Assembly (NCBI GenBank): GCA_964019335.1 | Contig: OZ025686.1 | Span: 1-64,000 of the forward strand | Direction of reading: 5' to 3' | Length of the DNA stretch: 64,000 nucleotides | DNA from: Diplonema japonicum | Taxonomy: Eukaryota > Protista > Euglenozoa: Diplonemea | Part shown: piece by piece, positions 8,531 through 18,675 of the stretch | How the letters are laid out: every line of letters starts with the position of its first letter | Numbering within the stretch: the stretch's first letter is position 1 | Notes under the pieces: generated by a model | The model's database searches: none | What the model was told of the DNA's origin: nothing | What the model saw: the letters and a program-made list of their open reading frames with translations, nothing else | Program-made: the position numbers and the translations under genes

Positions 8531-10339
8531 AAGGGCCGTTTCGCTCCTGTGCCTCCTCCTGTTCTTCTTCCTCTTGGGCGCTGGCTTAGGTTCCCTGCCA
8601 CCCATGGCAATCCAGGGGGCTCTTTTCTGTCTTCTCACAAGGGTGTGCAGTGGTGCTCCCACGTCGCTCGCAGCCTCCGCCCCAACCACACCTTGGCAGG
8701 CGGTGGGGGCGGGTGCTGGGTCCCCCTGGTTGTTTGAAAAGAGAAAAGGTTCCTTCTTGTTTGTTTTTTTTTTTTCTTTCCCTTCCACCCTCAAAAAAAG
8801 CCCCCGGCCCTTGGGGACCAGGGTGTACACCTCCGTAGAGGGTCCAGAAAAAATGGGGGGCAGAGAGGGAGGAGCACTACCTTCTCTCGGGCGTGCTGTC
8901 TCTCCCTCTGCCTTTTTTTCCTCCGAAGAGGGTCTGTTTTTCACCTCCGTGGAGGGTCCCTCTGGGGAGGGCTCTAAAAATGAAAAAGAGGGGGACAAAT
9001 GGGGGGGAGGAACACTACCCTCTCTCGGGGGTGCCACCTCTTCCCTTCTCTCTCTATTTTCCTCCGAAGAGGGTCTGTTTTCCGTGGAGGGTTCCTCCAA
9101 AGAGGGCTCTAAAAATGAAAAAGGGGGGGACAAATGGGGGGGAGGAACACTACCCTCTTTTGGGAGCGCTGCCTCTTCCCCTCTCTCTCCATTTTCCTCC
9201 GAAGAGGGTCTGTTTTTTACCTCCGTGGAGGGTTCTAAAAAAAAGGGGGGGGGTTCGTTTGTTAGCCCAGGGGGTGGGTCTTCCTGGGGGGGTATGTGGG
9301 TGAGCTCGGGGCCAACCGCACGCAGGGTGATCGACACCCTGACACCAGTGGACACCCCTGACGGGATGTGGTGTGTCCACTGGTGTCTCGCTTCGCCTTC
9401 CAACAGTGCCCATGAGAAGGGGGGCACCAGGTACCTCGCTACCCTGTCCCCCTTCCTCATGACCATTGTGGTCTCAGCCCCGTACGACAAGACTAGGACG
9501 ACCGGTCCCAGTCTTGCGTCGTCCTTGTGGGCGGCAATCCCACAACCAGGTCTGTACTTATTCACAAGTACCTGGTTGGGGACCACCTTGAGCCCTGCGG
9601 CGGCGGCCACCTCCCTCACCCACCCCTTTGCCTCCCCTGGGATGCCGGTGGTGGGGCGCACCTCGGCGTCCGTCCCCTCCCACCGGTGCCCATGCTGGAG
9701 CGTCTCCCTCCCCGTGTTCCCTGACAGGGCCTCCCACTTCCCGGACAGCAGAGCTTCTGGGAAGGCGGGGGCAGCACCTGTCTTCAACCCGGGGGGGTGC
9801 TCACCATCTTTCAGTATCCACCCTTCCCCCTTTTTCTTCTTTTTTTTTTCCTCTTCAACTATGGCAGGGTCGGCTGCGGAGGTCGGGCTTGCGGCAGGGG
9901 CGGCTGCGGCTGTCTCAGTTGCGGCAGGGGCGGCTGCAGCGTTCAAGGCGGCAGGGGCGGCTGCGGCGATCGTGGTTGTGTCGGTCGTGGCTGCGGCAGG
10001 GGCGGCTGCGGCGTTTGGGGCGGCAGGGTCGGCTGCGGCGTTCAGTGCGGCTGGGGCTGCTGCAGCAGTCGTGCTTGCGGCCGGGGCGGCCGTGGCTGTA
10101 GCAGGGGCTGCTGCTCCCTTGGTTGTGGCGGTCAAAACCGCGGTCTCTACTTGTGATTTTTTTTTTTTATTATTTTTTTTTTCTAAAGGGGGGTGGGGGG
10201 ATCTAGGGGGTGGGGATTCATACTGCCCAACCAGATTGCCTGGTTGGGTGGGTCTTGGTGCCGTGCACTGCGGGCTGCGGGCTTGCTCCTGCGGGCTGCG
10301 GCTGCGGTCACCTCCTCCTGCGAGTCGTCTTGGATCCAT
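6827..10339 (-). CDS. Retrotransposon polyprotein, upstream part: Ala-rich repeats, AlkB/2OG-Fe(II) dioxygenase, Pro/Ser/Glu repeats, hydrophobic segments, C2H2 finger, OTU; leaves frame at the duplication junction
   Basis: AlkB motifs NQVLVNKYRPGCGIAAHKD (HxD at 9521-9529), WTH and RVSITLR (9320-9340). A second OTU copy lies at 6999-7359. Confidence 0.85.
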   Translation of the reverse strand: MDPRRLAGGGDRSRSPQEQARSPQCTAPRPTQPGNLVGQYESPPPRSPHPPLEKKNNKKKKSQVETAVLTATTKGAAAPATATAAPAASTTAAAAPAALNAAADPAAPNAAAAPAAATTDTTTIAAAAPAALNAAAAPAATETAAAAPAASPTSAADPAIVEEEKKKKKKGEGWILKDGEHPPGLKTGAAPAFPEALLSGKWEALSGNTGRETLQHGHRWEGTDAEVRPTTGIPGEAKGWVREVAAAAGLKVVPNQVLVNKYRPGCGIAAHKDDARLGPVVLVLSYGAETTMVMRKGDRVARYLVPPFSWALLEGEARHQWTHHIPSGVSTGVRVSITLRAVGPELTHIPPQEDPPPGLTNEPPPFFLEPSTEVKNRPSSEENGERGEEAALPKEGSVPPPHLSPPFSFLEPSLEEPSTENRPSSEENRERREEVAPPREGSVPPPHLSPSFSFLEPSPEGPSTEVKNRPSSEEKKAEGETARPREGSAPPSLPPIFSGPSTEVYTLVPKGRGLFLRVEGKEKKKTNKKEPFLFSNNQGDPAPAPTACQGVVGAEAASDVGAPLHTLVRRQKRAPWIAMGGREPKPAPKRKKNRRRHRSETALQRRREKRTKAREGAREAARQEKKRHRRARKEGRRRARREEHEAALEQKPDDPAMGLKLTEVGTPGAQPLAPRIPAPGAATGARRHRRRTGHSKEGMRWEHLGVWAWVALFSLLLIPGVLGAGIGMAPSFLHAAVLWKRPGSDRRTTRRSRVQVGPRGDEWSAGELAWLAVGGTLVGSTSVWIGGLMSLWAMSEVMVGKAGAGPAQRFGPVKLKKTRRGSRGHYLPVYLGPPRSSRRRKKKVDAKQAAKERAETEDKLFQAEHLDPFADLTLAGDALQGGGDPPPMDLDDEHMEAQKEGEKEGSDKHQCRMEDCSFRTSVASCLVKHLNAVHHHFVKQEQARSMKVNLCGTCAAACSSNQTHCALHRQRNLWNPDKQPRAGKSVDEIMKSFKLTRGSTEKDGNCMFHALAGSLGEAYGDHTHIRSEVVEWMKHREEHYAPFCSEGWDRYLEGMGTAATWGDHLCLAAAAQAFGRTILVVAGGNNPVLMIGEYNSDHEKVVVLAYNGNHYEYAVRGVGRRGPRRGRGRGRLPDRRRKGTVVRGKKGGGGPAERNTRPPWNRSQMTLQWG
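8830..9245. repeat. Three ~135-141-nt coding repeats (EPSTE(VK)NRPSSEE...GSxPPP)
   Basis: ctccgaagagggtctg recurs at ~8921, ~9062 and ~9197. Confidence 0.85.
9860..10115. repeat. Ala/Pro/Thr-rich coding minisatellite (gcggcaggggcggctgc units)
   Basis: Repeated AAAAPAA / AAADPAA units. Confidence 0.8.
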
Positions 10340-10488
10340 TTTTTTTTTTTTGTTTTATAGTGTGTGATGGGGGGGAGGGGATCCTTTCGTTGAGCGGCGG
10401 GCAGGCCGACGGGCAAAACAACCCCCCCGGACGACGGCGACGACGGACGACGGACGCAGCGGCAAACCCAGGCAGAGGCGGCAGGCAC

Positions 10489-10526
10489 CAATAAAGTACA
10501 GAAACTGTAGCTTTAGAATCGTTGGT
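10489..10526 (-). ncRNA. Spliced-leader (mini-exon) sequence, diplonemid type, fused to the retroelement 5' end
   Basis: The minus strand reads ACCAACGATTCTAAAGCTACAGTTTCTGTACTTTATTG followed by GT. It has the conserved euglenozoan SL 3' half CAGTTTCTGTACTTTATTG. It matches the 39-nt Diplonema SL as I recall it, except for the missing first A and 2 substitutions. No SL intron or Sm site was recognised downstream. Confidence 0.9.
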
Positions 10527-11150
10527 GGACTCTATGTGTCATCGATAAGGTGACAACACCGACGACTCTTTGTGCCAGTGAAAACGTAACGTAATAGAAC
10601 CTGCTTCTCGAACCTCTGCTTCCAGGCTTGCAGTTTTCGACTTCTTGACCGGTACATCTCTCTTGAGGTGAGTGAGATCACCAAGAGTAGTCGTCTCTCA
10701 TAGAGTTCGCCTCGTTGCTCATTTTCCCCGTTTCAACCTGTTATGAGTTTTTAATTTTATGCTGTAAATAATAAAAAAAAAACCAACTCACTCAAGGTGT
10801 ACTACAATATTCTAATGACACCGTCCAGCTAACAACACAAATGAATTCGAAGTGAACGAAAGATTTCGTTTTCCTTAAAAAAAAAATACACATGCAATGC
10901 CATTGCCATCACGTTGTTTTATTTTCTCGCTATTAAAAGGGAGCTTTGCACAAGAAAAGAATCTTAGTTTGGTTTGCGTTTTTCTTTCAAAAAGTAGGCA
11001 TATGGTGCTGGTCCTAGACGAAGAGGGGAAAAAAAAAAGAAAAAGAAAAAATCGTGTCACTGTTAGAAAAACATCAGTCTGTTGCTGGACGGTGTCATAT
11101 CTAGGGGGGAAAGTTTACATTGTAACAAAATCTACATTTCTAAGTGGTCC

Positions 11151-14100
11151 TTAATGTTCGTGATCCTGTGTTGTTGTTAGTTTGAAAATTTGGCACGGGC
11201 ACGGGCACGGGCACGGGCAAGGGCAAGGGCATACTCCTTCTTCAAGTCGCGGATGAGGTTGGAATTGCGTTCCAGCAGTGCGGACTCTGCTTCTTTGCCA
11301 GTTTTCCAACCTTTCAGCTTGTCGACTTCCTTCTTGACAATCGATAAATCTTGCTTGAGCTTTGTAAGACTTTCCTGCATGAGGTCATCAGCGTCCCCGC
11401 CACTCATAGAGTTCACCTTTGAACGCAGACTGGTAATGTCTGCCTTCTGTCCCTCGAGATCCAAGTGGTCCTGGTGCTGTGCTTCGATGGTATTAACCAT
11501 TTCCTGTAGCAACTGGTCTTGTTGTGTCACTGTTTTCTCCGTTTCTGCAAGCCTCGTTTCGATATCTGCGACTCTTCCGCTGTTATCGGGAGCAGAGCGC
11601 ACCTCGCCCTTGCTTTCCCCTGCGCTCCCCATGCTCCTACTTTGATCCCGTATGCTGTTGATCTGCTCCCTGATGCTGTTGATCTGCTCCCTGATGCTGC
11701 TTATGTCAGTCGAGAAATCTTTGCTACTCGTGTTTTCTACCATTCGAATGTACTCGCTGATCTTACGCTCAGTTTCTGTAACCCTGTGTTCCAAATCCCT
11801 CACCGATTCGTTGCTTGCCCCATGTGCAGGGGGCGGAATTGGCGTGGCCATGCCTGTGTTCCGCTGCATCTCCTTCAAGTGTGCGACCTGGTCCTTCAGC
11901 ATGCTGAGCTCAATGTTCTTATCGCGTTGCAGCTGTTTTTGTAAAATATAATAATAACTTTTTAGCAATTATTTCGAAATGAGATCGGAAAGGTTGACAA
12001 ATGACAATCAATACTCCATGATTCAGAATAGAATCATCGTGACAGACGAAAGAGAGAAAGGCAAATGGCTGAAGGCGAAAAATATCGAATAGTTATAAAT
12101 ACACTGTTCTCCGGAACCGAATTTCTTCCGTTCGAACTTCAAGTTTACAGTTACTGTAAAACAATAAATTACCGGAAGTGTAAAAAACTTATGGTCTGCA
12201 AGAATTTATCTGTAGCAAAAGAGCTTTTAAAAAAATGGTAAAATAAGTATCTAACGGCTAATACGAAAGACCAGGAGGGACAAAGCAGAGGAATACATTA
12301 GTTTCGGAAAACAAATCCACGTTGGGCTCCCATCCCGACGACTCGATCAGGTTGTCACAGAAGGGGAGGTACAATACGGGTTTCCGAAGCCGTTAAACTC
12401 CAGCCTTCCGGGGTTTTTACAGACCCGGGATATTATTGCCAGTAGCTGGCTTTGTTTTACCGTGTAAGTAAGTTATTTGCGGTATACGTTACCGGACCAA
12501 AAATTACGCAAAACAACCGTATGTCGTTAAATTATGACCCCCTTAGTAGTTTTTTTTCTGTTGTACCTCAGCTTGGGTTCTCGTCTCCTTTGAATTCTCG
12601 ACAACCTGGTCTGTGAGGCCGTCGATCCTTTGTGCGATGCCTTGAACCTGTGTTTCAATTACCACAGCTTCTTCATCCTGCATACCTCCCTCATGAGCTC
12701 GTAGCTCTTGGAAGCTGCCTCCATTGCTGGGCGTATTCTGTTCTCTTCCATCTCAGCTAAGGCCCGGTTCACTTTGTCATGAGAGGGCTGGTTGGCAACT
12801 GCAACTTGGATCTTCTCTAAAGCTGTTGCAAGCTCTTCATCGGCAGCCCTCCTTTGAGCCTCGATCCCCTTAATCCTATGGTCGAATGTGTCTGTAGAAA
12901 ACGCGTGTTCGTGGAGGTGAGCATGCTACATACCAAGCTCTTGGCCTAGTTTGCCGCGTAGCTCATCAAGCTTCTCATTCTGTGCTTGCATGATATGCAC
13001 GGTTCCGTCATGCACATATGTTTCGAATCCGCCACGTAGAGCCTCCTGATGTGGTGTCGTTTATTACCGGTGCATACTAGAGTCTTTTCTGTCATCTGCA
13101 TTTTTTGATCTAGCATATTGGTTGCCATCCTGCACTCATCAACAACCGCTTCCACAAGACCTGCCTTATTCTCGACACCTGTCGTAACGTCTTGAACATA
13201 AAATACTGGCATACCCTTCACATCACTCCTCATCCCTTGCAGGACGTCCTCAAGCCCCTCAATGTGCTGCTGGAGTGCCGCACGCAGTTGCTGCTTTAAC
13301 TGGCCTTCTGACTCTTGCCATTTTTTTTCGAGGTCGAGCGTTCTACGTGCGTTGGTAAGCTTTCCTTCATTCATGCATACCCTTTTTCGGCTATCTCGGC
13401 TATTTGTCGCATAACGGAAACCTTGTCGTCCAAGGACGTGGTCACCTTCCGTTCAGTTTCAAAGAGCTTCTGGTTCTGCTCATCGATTCTGTCTTGCAGC
13501 TGCCTTGTTGACATTTCGATCCTGTTCTCCATTCGGTGCAGCTTATCGCCATCTTCAGCTAGCCTCCCGTCGATGTGCGCGATGCGCTGCTCGGCAACAG
13601 TGACACGCGCACCTGCATCAGTGACGTCTTTCATCATCTTTTGGTCGAGCTCAAGGATGGACTGTCCGATCTTTTGAATAGTCGAGTCTACCTTGCCTCG
13701 GATGTCGCTCACACTCCCCTGAAGCTCCGTCACGTGATTGTCGAGGTTCACCTCAGCACTCTGAAGCCTATTTGCGTGCGATGTCAGCGTGTTCTGCACC
13801 ATGTGAAGACTCTGCTCCAGACCATTGATGGCAGACATGTTGGCCGTGAGTTGTTGAGCATGTGTCTCTAGTGCTGGATCATGGACGGAGTCCATTGGAG
13901 GTGCTATCGAGTTGTGTGACTTGTCAGCTTCCATGTTCCCTAATTTGTACTGAACACTCATAATCTGCTCTTGCGTAGAGCTGTTCAAGGTAGTCACTTG
14001 GTCCCGGTGCTGGTTTATCACCTGTGCTGTCCACTTTTCAGTCTGCTCCTTAGCTGTTGCTATCATGCCACTCACCATGGTATGAATGGCAGAACGCAAT

Positions 14101-16761
14101 CCCGAAGGGAGGTAGACAGGGGCACCTGGTGTGTATACACCCTTCACGTCCTTCCCGTGCAGTTGGGCATCAATGTCCTCGAGCATCATGTCGTTATATG
14201 TTTTCCTGATGTCTCCGTCCCCTCTCGTCGTCTGCATCAATCTCTCAACAGTACTTTGAAGTGCTTCCACCCTGGCATCCAGCCCGGTGTCACGCATGGG
14301 GCTAGGAGCATAGGCGTGATGATGCCCAAGCCCTTCAATACGCTCCACCCTCTGCCGCAGGGTCCTGATGTCATCGGCCGAAGGAGAATCAAGACCTGTC
14401 GGGGCAACTTTTTGGATATATTGCGACGGCTGTGCTTGGGTAGCCATACATTGCTGTATGTTGCGTGTTGTTTCGTTCAACTGTGGATGTTGTTATGTCG
14501 CACGTACTGGCACACCTGCATCTGCAAGGTCTTCAGGGCTTCATCGTATTGACCAAAGTGGTGGCTACTTTGTTGCAAAATTTTGTCAACCTCTGCTTTG
14601 CCTGCTCCTGCTCCTGATTCGATCTTAAAGTTTAGCTCGTCGTACTAGTGTTTGTTGGTGGTGAAAACATAGCATACCATTTTGTGAAGTTGTTCCAACT
14701 GCAGCCTCTCAGTGCCTGTGCCTGCAGGTCTTGCTTCTCTCATGCCTGCTGGCATCGACGTCTGTACATCTTTCAACTGTACCTGCATAGGTGGAGAGTG
14801 GACCCAACACAACATACCTGCAGCAGCTTCAGCTCGTCCTGGTACACCATCCACTCGTCATTGGTCACGTGGATGGCGGCTCCTCCCCTTCCAGGGCTGC
14901 GAGCTGGCGATACCTGTTCCATGGTCTCGAGCTTCGAGACTAATGCATCTTGGCCACGCTGCAGTTGTTGGACAGCAACTTCAAGGTGCGAGCAATTCGA
15001 CTTGCTCTGCAATGCTTGCAGCTGTTTCGCGATAACCTCCATTGAAGCTTCGCGATCCGCTCTCTCCCTTTCTAACGCATGCTCCAATCGCGCGATGTCA
15101 GCCTTGCAGCTGTCTTGGGCTGGGATAGGTGCTGGTACATGGGCAGAGATGGGAACAGGTGGGGGTGCCGGCGCTGGTGCTGGTGTGACTGACACAGGGA
15201 CAGGTAAACTTGCAGGCGTGCTCGTGGGTTGTTGCCAGGGCTGGGAGATGACCTTAGTGAGCATAGGCGATCCTTCGTCAGACGGGGAGGCAGGGGGCGC
15301 AGCCCAAGCTGCAGATGCAGAAACTGAGGGCGTGAGAGGACGGGATACATGCGACTGAACGTGACTATGAGCCTCGCTTTCAGCGTCATCATGTGTGTCA
15401 TCTATTTGATTGAGCTCCTCAATGTAAATCCCCGTCTGCTTATCGGCCACATGCCTTCTACAGATCTCGTCTAGAGTGAGATGGGTGCTGAAAGAAGATG
15501 TCACTTCGGGCCTGCAGAGGACGCCGATATACTCGATAACTGGTGGCGGATCAGGCGTATTGAAGGACCTCAAAAGCCTGTTGTTCATCAATCCTTTGAG
15601 CACCTCCTCGAAGTTCTGGGCATCAGTGACACAGATAAGCTTTCCAAACCAGGCCTTGATGACATCAACAAACGGGATGCCTTGTTCTTCACACATGGCA
15701 GCGACTTCGCGTGCATAGTATATCTTATCCTCACGCGGCCCTCTTGAAGGCGAGCCGCCAGTCAACTTGATGATAAACCTTCGTTGGTCTTCGGAAGCAA
15801 TTTGCCTGATCTTGATGTGTGGACATGCATGCTTGAGTGTCTGGCACATCACTCGTGTATCGGGTACGGCAGAGTTTAGTGTGGGCAGCGCCATGCTCAT
15901 TGTTACTGTGTATGAGACCTTTCCGGTGTCTAACTGCGAGGCACGAGCCCAGTCAAAGAGGGGGAGCTTTCCGCTGGGTGCCGTCTGTGCTCTGTCGGAC
16001 ATCAGTATCATCTGCAGCTTGGGCTGCCCAAACCACTTCACCGAATGCTTGTCGAAGATCGCATAGACAGAATTCGGGCAAATCGGCAGTTGCCGTCCGA
16101 TGAGCTCGTCTAGCATGCCTGCGAACTTGGCGGAGAAGGAACCGCTCAGCTTTGGAGGGCTGCACATGAGCGAGAACCCTAAGCGCAGCGGCGGGAGGGG
16201 AACGGGTGCTCCGACATCCACTTTGAAGCACCTTTGGGTTTCTTTCCAGTGGCTCCCGTAGTCAGCGACGAGGCAACCCCTATCGTTCCTGTTCGGGCTA
16301 ATGAGGGCACTGAGGTCGTCAATACGCAGCAAGTTAGATCTTGTATACGGGTCGTAGTCCGTGGCAGCAAGGCAGAGCGATCTGTCGCTCACGAAACCGT
16401 GTGTGCTGATGACGACGAGTAGGAGACCTTTGTTCGTGATGCGCTCCCTCATCTCTTGGATGGCACGTACGATATTTGCAAATTTCGGTTTGCTGCCTTT
16501 GTCTTTTCTTGCAGAGGTCAGAACTGTGATGTGATCAACCTTCAGGGAACGGAACCTCTCTTCCAGCAACTGGATATCCCTCAATGGTGTAGGCAGGTTG
16601 CTGATCTCTGGGCAGTCGAACTCGGTGACTCCAACCAGGACAGCCCCCCTCATAGTGATAGGCTCACCATCGTACGTGACGCGCTTCACCTGATCATGGT
16701 TCGCAAGGGTCTTCGGAACCTGGTTGTCGCGCAGTGAGTCCCACAACTCATCGCCATCCAT
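11151..16761 (-). CDS. Multi-exon protein with an N-terminal caspase-like (peptidase C14 fold) domain, Pro-rich linker and long coiled coil
   Basis: ORFs 14773-16869, 14645-14854, 13371-14480, 12946-13374 and 11177-11968 join through GT-AG introns (e.g. 14783-14817, 11933-12566); the junctions I checked are in frame. The last exon is DHEH*. Motifs AVLVGV, LPTPLRD and VVISTHG. A CAG acceptor sits 6 nt before the ATG. Confidence 0.7.
11191..11231. repeat. (TGCCCK)n hexamer microsatellite in the last intron
   Basis: ggcacg/ggcaag repeated ~7 times, inside a GTATG...CTAAC...CAG intron. Confidence 0.8.
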
Positions 16762-16944
16762 GTTGGCCTGTGAGGGTGATCGACAAAGCATTATGTGTAT
16801 TAGATATAATAATGTGTCTTCATATGCAGACGCAAACTTTTCTGGCCCTGGCTTAAGAACCATTTGCAAGAAAAAAAAAAGAAAAAAAAAAGCCAGTTTT
16901 AAACATATTTCGAAGGATCGTTAATTAATCTTTTTTAAAAACGC

Positions 16945-17643
16945 TCACCACAACCATGAATCCCGCTTCTTCGGAAGCGCGTAATGAGCAGCAGCACCTA
17001 CAGCAGCACCTGAGAGGTGCACATGGCTTGCGACAGAGGTTGGGTTCCGTGCGATGATCACGTACATCAGGTTGGCAAAGTCAGCTGCTATCAAGCATGC
17101 CATTAGTGTCTGGGCCTGGATGGGTTCGGGAAACCAAAGTAACCTCAAGCTACTTTCAGGTTCGGAAAGTGTCCAAAGAGTGAGAACAGCATAGAGGCCT
17201 CCGCTGATGCCAATTGACGGATAGTGGGCCAAGGGGGGAACACGGGAGATGAGGAGGCCCCCGACCTGCGCCAACACGGCAGAGCATACGAGGAAGAGGG
17301 CAGCTTGGTTGGGAACAGAAATATCGGCTTTTTTCTCTCGGTACATCCGTCCCTCAATGTAAGGCACGAAATTGGCTGCCATGTAGCAGTTGACCCCAAG
17401 GTGCAGCAGACCTGTGTGCGCGAACGGGGAGAAGAACACAGTATACCACCTTCTTCGAACCGTGTTCCAGGATGCATGTGTGTGGGTGTGAACCATTCTG
17501 CCTAGCAATGGAGCCCTCAACGCAAGGGACACCCCTACACATCCCCCGACTACACATTGCATACCATCAGGTAGTGCATTCCATTTTCTCCTCAGTGCCC
17601 TGCACTGCGCCTCGATTTCGTACCTTATCTGATCCACGTCCAT
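16945..17643 (-). CDS. Rhomboid intramembrane serine protease (PARL-like)
   Basis: FAHTGLLHLGVN, catalytic GISGG, HVHLSGA and multiple TM helices. Confidence 0.88.
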   Translation of the reverse strand: MDVDQIRYEIEAQCRALRRKWNALPDGMQCVVGGCVGVSLALRAPLLGRMVHTHTHASWNTVRRRWYTVFFSPFAHTGLLHLGVNCYMAANFVPYIEGRMYREKKADISVPNQAALFLVCSAVLAQVGGLLISRVPPLAHYPSIGISGGLYAVLTLWTLSEPESSLRLLWFPEPIQAQTLMACLIAADFANLMYVIIARNPTSVASHVHLSGAAVGAAAHYALPKKRDSWLW

Positions 17644-18675
17644 TGGTCCGCCTGCTAGAGATACAGTGAGATTTTCGACAATAAAAGACTAAGGGGAGGA
17701 AATTAAAAAAACGAAAAGATCCCGCAACGCTAGAAAAAAGAAAATTTCATGGCTCACACCTGCCATCTCCTCAAAGAGCTTTTCTTTGTTCTCGTTGCGG
17801 ACAAAGGAACTACATCTTGTTCATAAAGAGAGGGGGAAATAAGGGGCAAGGGTAGGTCCATCCCTCCCTTCCATAGGCTGTTCCCCCGCATAGAAAATGT
17901 CAACAATAGCAAAAACAAGAATGGCGGAACTAGAATTACGGAAGGAAGAGATGAAGCCTGATACAGGGTAAACAGAACAAGTAAATAATAAAAATCTATG
18001 AGAGGGAAAGCAAAAAAAATATAAAAATATATTTTTGACTGCAAAAAAACGGGGGATACTGATAAGACTTTATTTTTTTTGCATTTCATTTTTTTTTCCT
18101 CTTTTTTTCATTCACCTGTTGTTGTCTCTTGAAATTCATCACATGAAACTCTTTTTCTTTATGCATGTTTTTCTTTTCCAAGCGTGATTTATCAAGAGAG
18201 AAGGAGAAAGAAACGTCAAAAAAAAACAAAGACAAAAAATACAGGGGAAAGGGCAAAAGGAAAATAATATTTCAAAAATCTAAAAAGGGCAGTAACGTCT
18301 AAAGACACAAAATAAACCTTTGTGTGTTCGGTCAAGAACAGCTAGTCCCCCCAACAGAGTCTTTCTTTTTTTTTTTTTTTTTTTAATGTTTTCTTCTTCT
18401 CATATTTTTTCGTAGGGACAGCATTTCACTTTTTTGAAGGCATGAAAAACCACAGGGGAAGGGGAAACAGGGAGCTCACTATTTCGGAAAGAAACGTGGT
18501 TGGTGGGGAAAGGTGGCTCTGACGCTGCGCAACCATATTTACAAATATGGGGAATACAGGCCCTGCTCATTAATGTGGGCCGTAGATGACAACAAATATA
18601 AAAAAAAAAAGAAAAATTAAAATAAAAGAGGCATTTACAAAAAAAGTTGGTAATGTTGGCTCATTTCTTTCTCAT

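Larger units (their letters stand above)
100..10526 (-). mobile_element. CRE/SLACS/CZAR-clade (RLE-type) non-LTR retrotransposon, apparently full length at its 5' end, carrying AlkB and OTU domains
   Basis: RT motifs (RPIAVGDVLRRL, KIDYANAFN, GVQQGDPMGPLLF, FYLDDG at ~3774-3785) are followed by a CCHC knuckle plus RHD (~2745) and an RLE core (RPADV...MD at ~2600-2654, KRQKY, FVPFAMETFG). The 5' end is marked by an SL exon. The 3' end is not resolved; an A11 run on the minus strand at ~108-118 is a possible tail. Confidence 0.92.

Noticed and set aside
8574-10367. Long plus-strand ORFs (also 972-2288, 41133-43019, 58270-59652)
   Set aside because: They are antisense shadows of GC-rich minus-strand genes, with no recognisable motifs.
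10340-10488. HDV-like or hammerhead ribozyme in the element 5' UTR
   Set aside because: The region is GC-rich, but I could not build the required pairings or core motifs by eye.
10527-11150. SL RNA / 5S rRNA repeat unit
   Set aside because: No 5S sequence, second SL or SL intron was recognised.
11177-11231. ARARAR C-terminus of the 263-aa ORF
   Set aside because: It is read-through into a microsatellite-containing intron.
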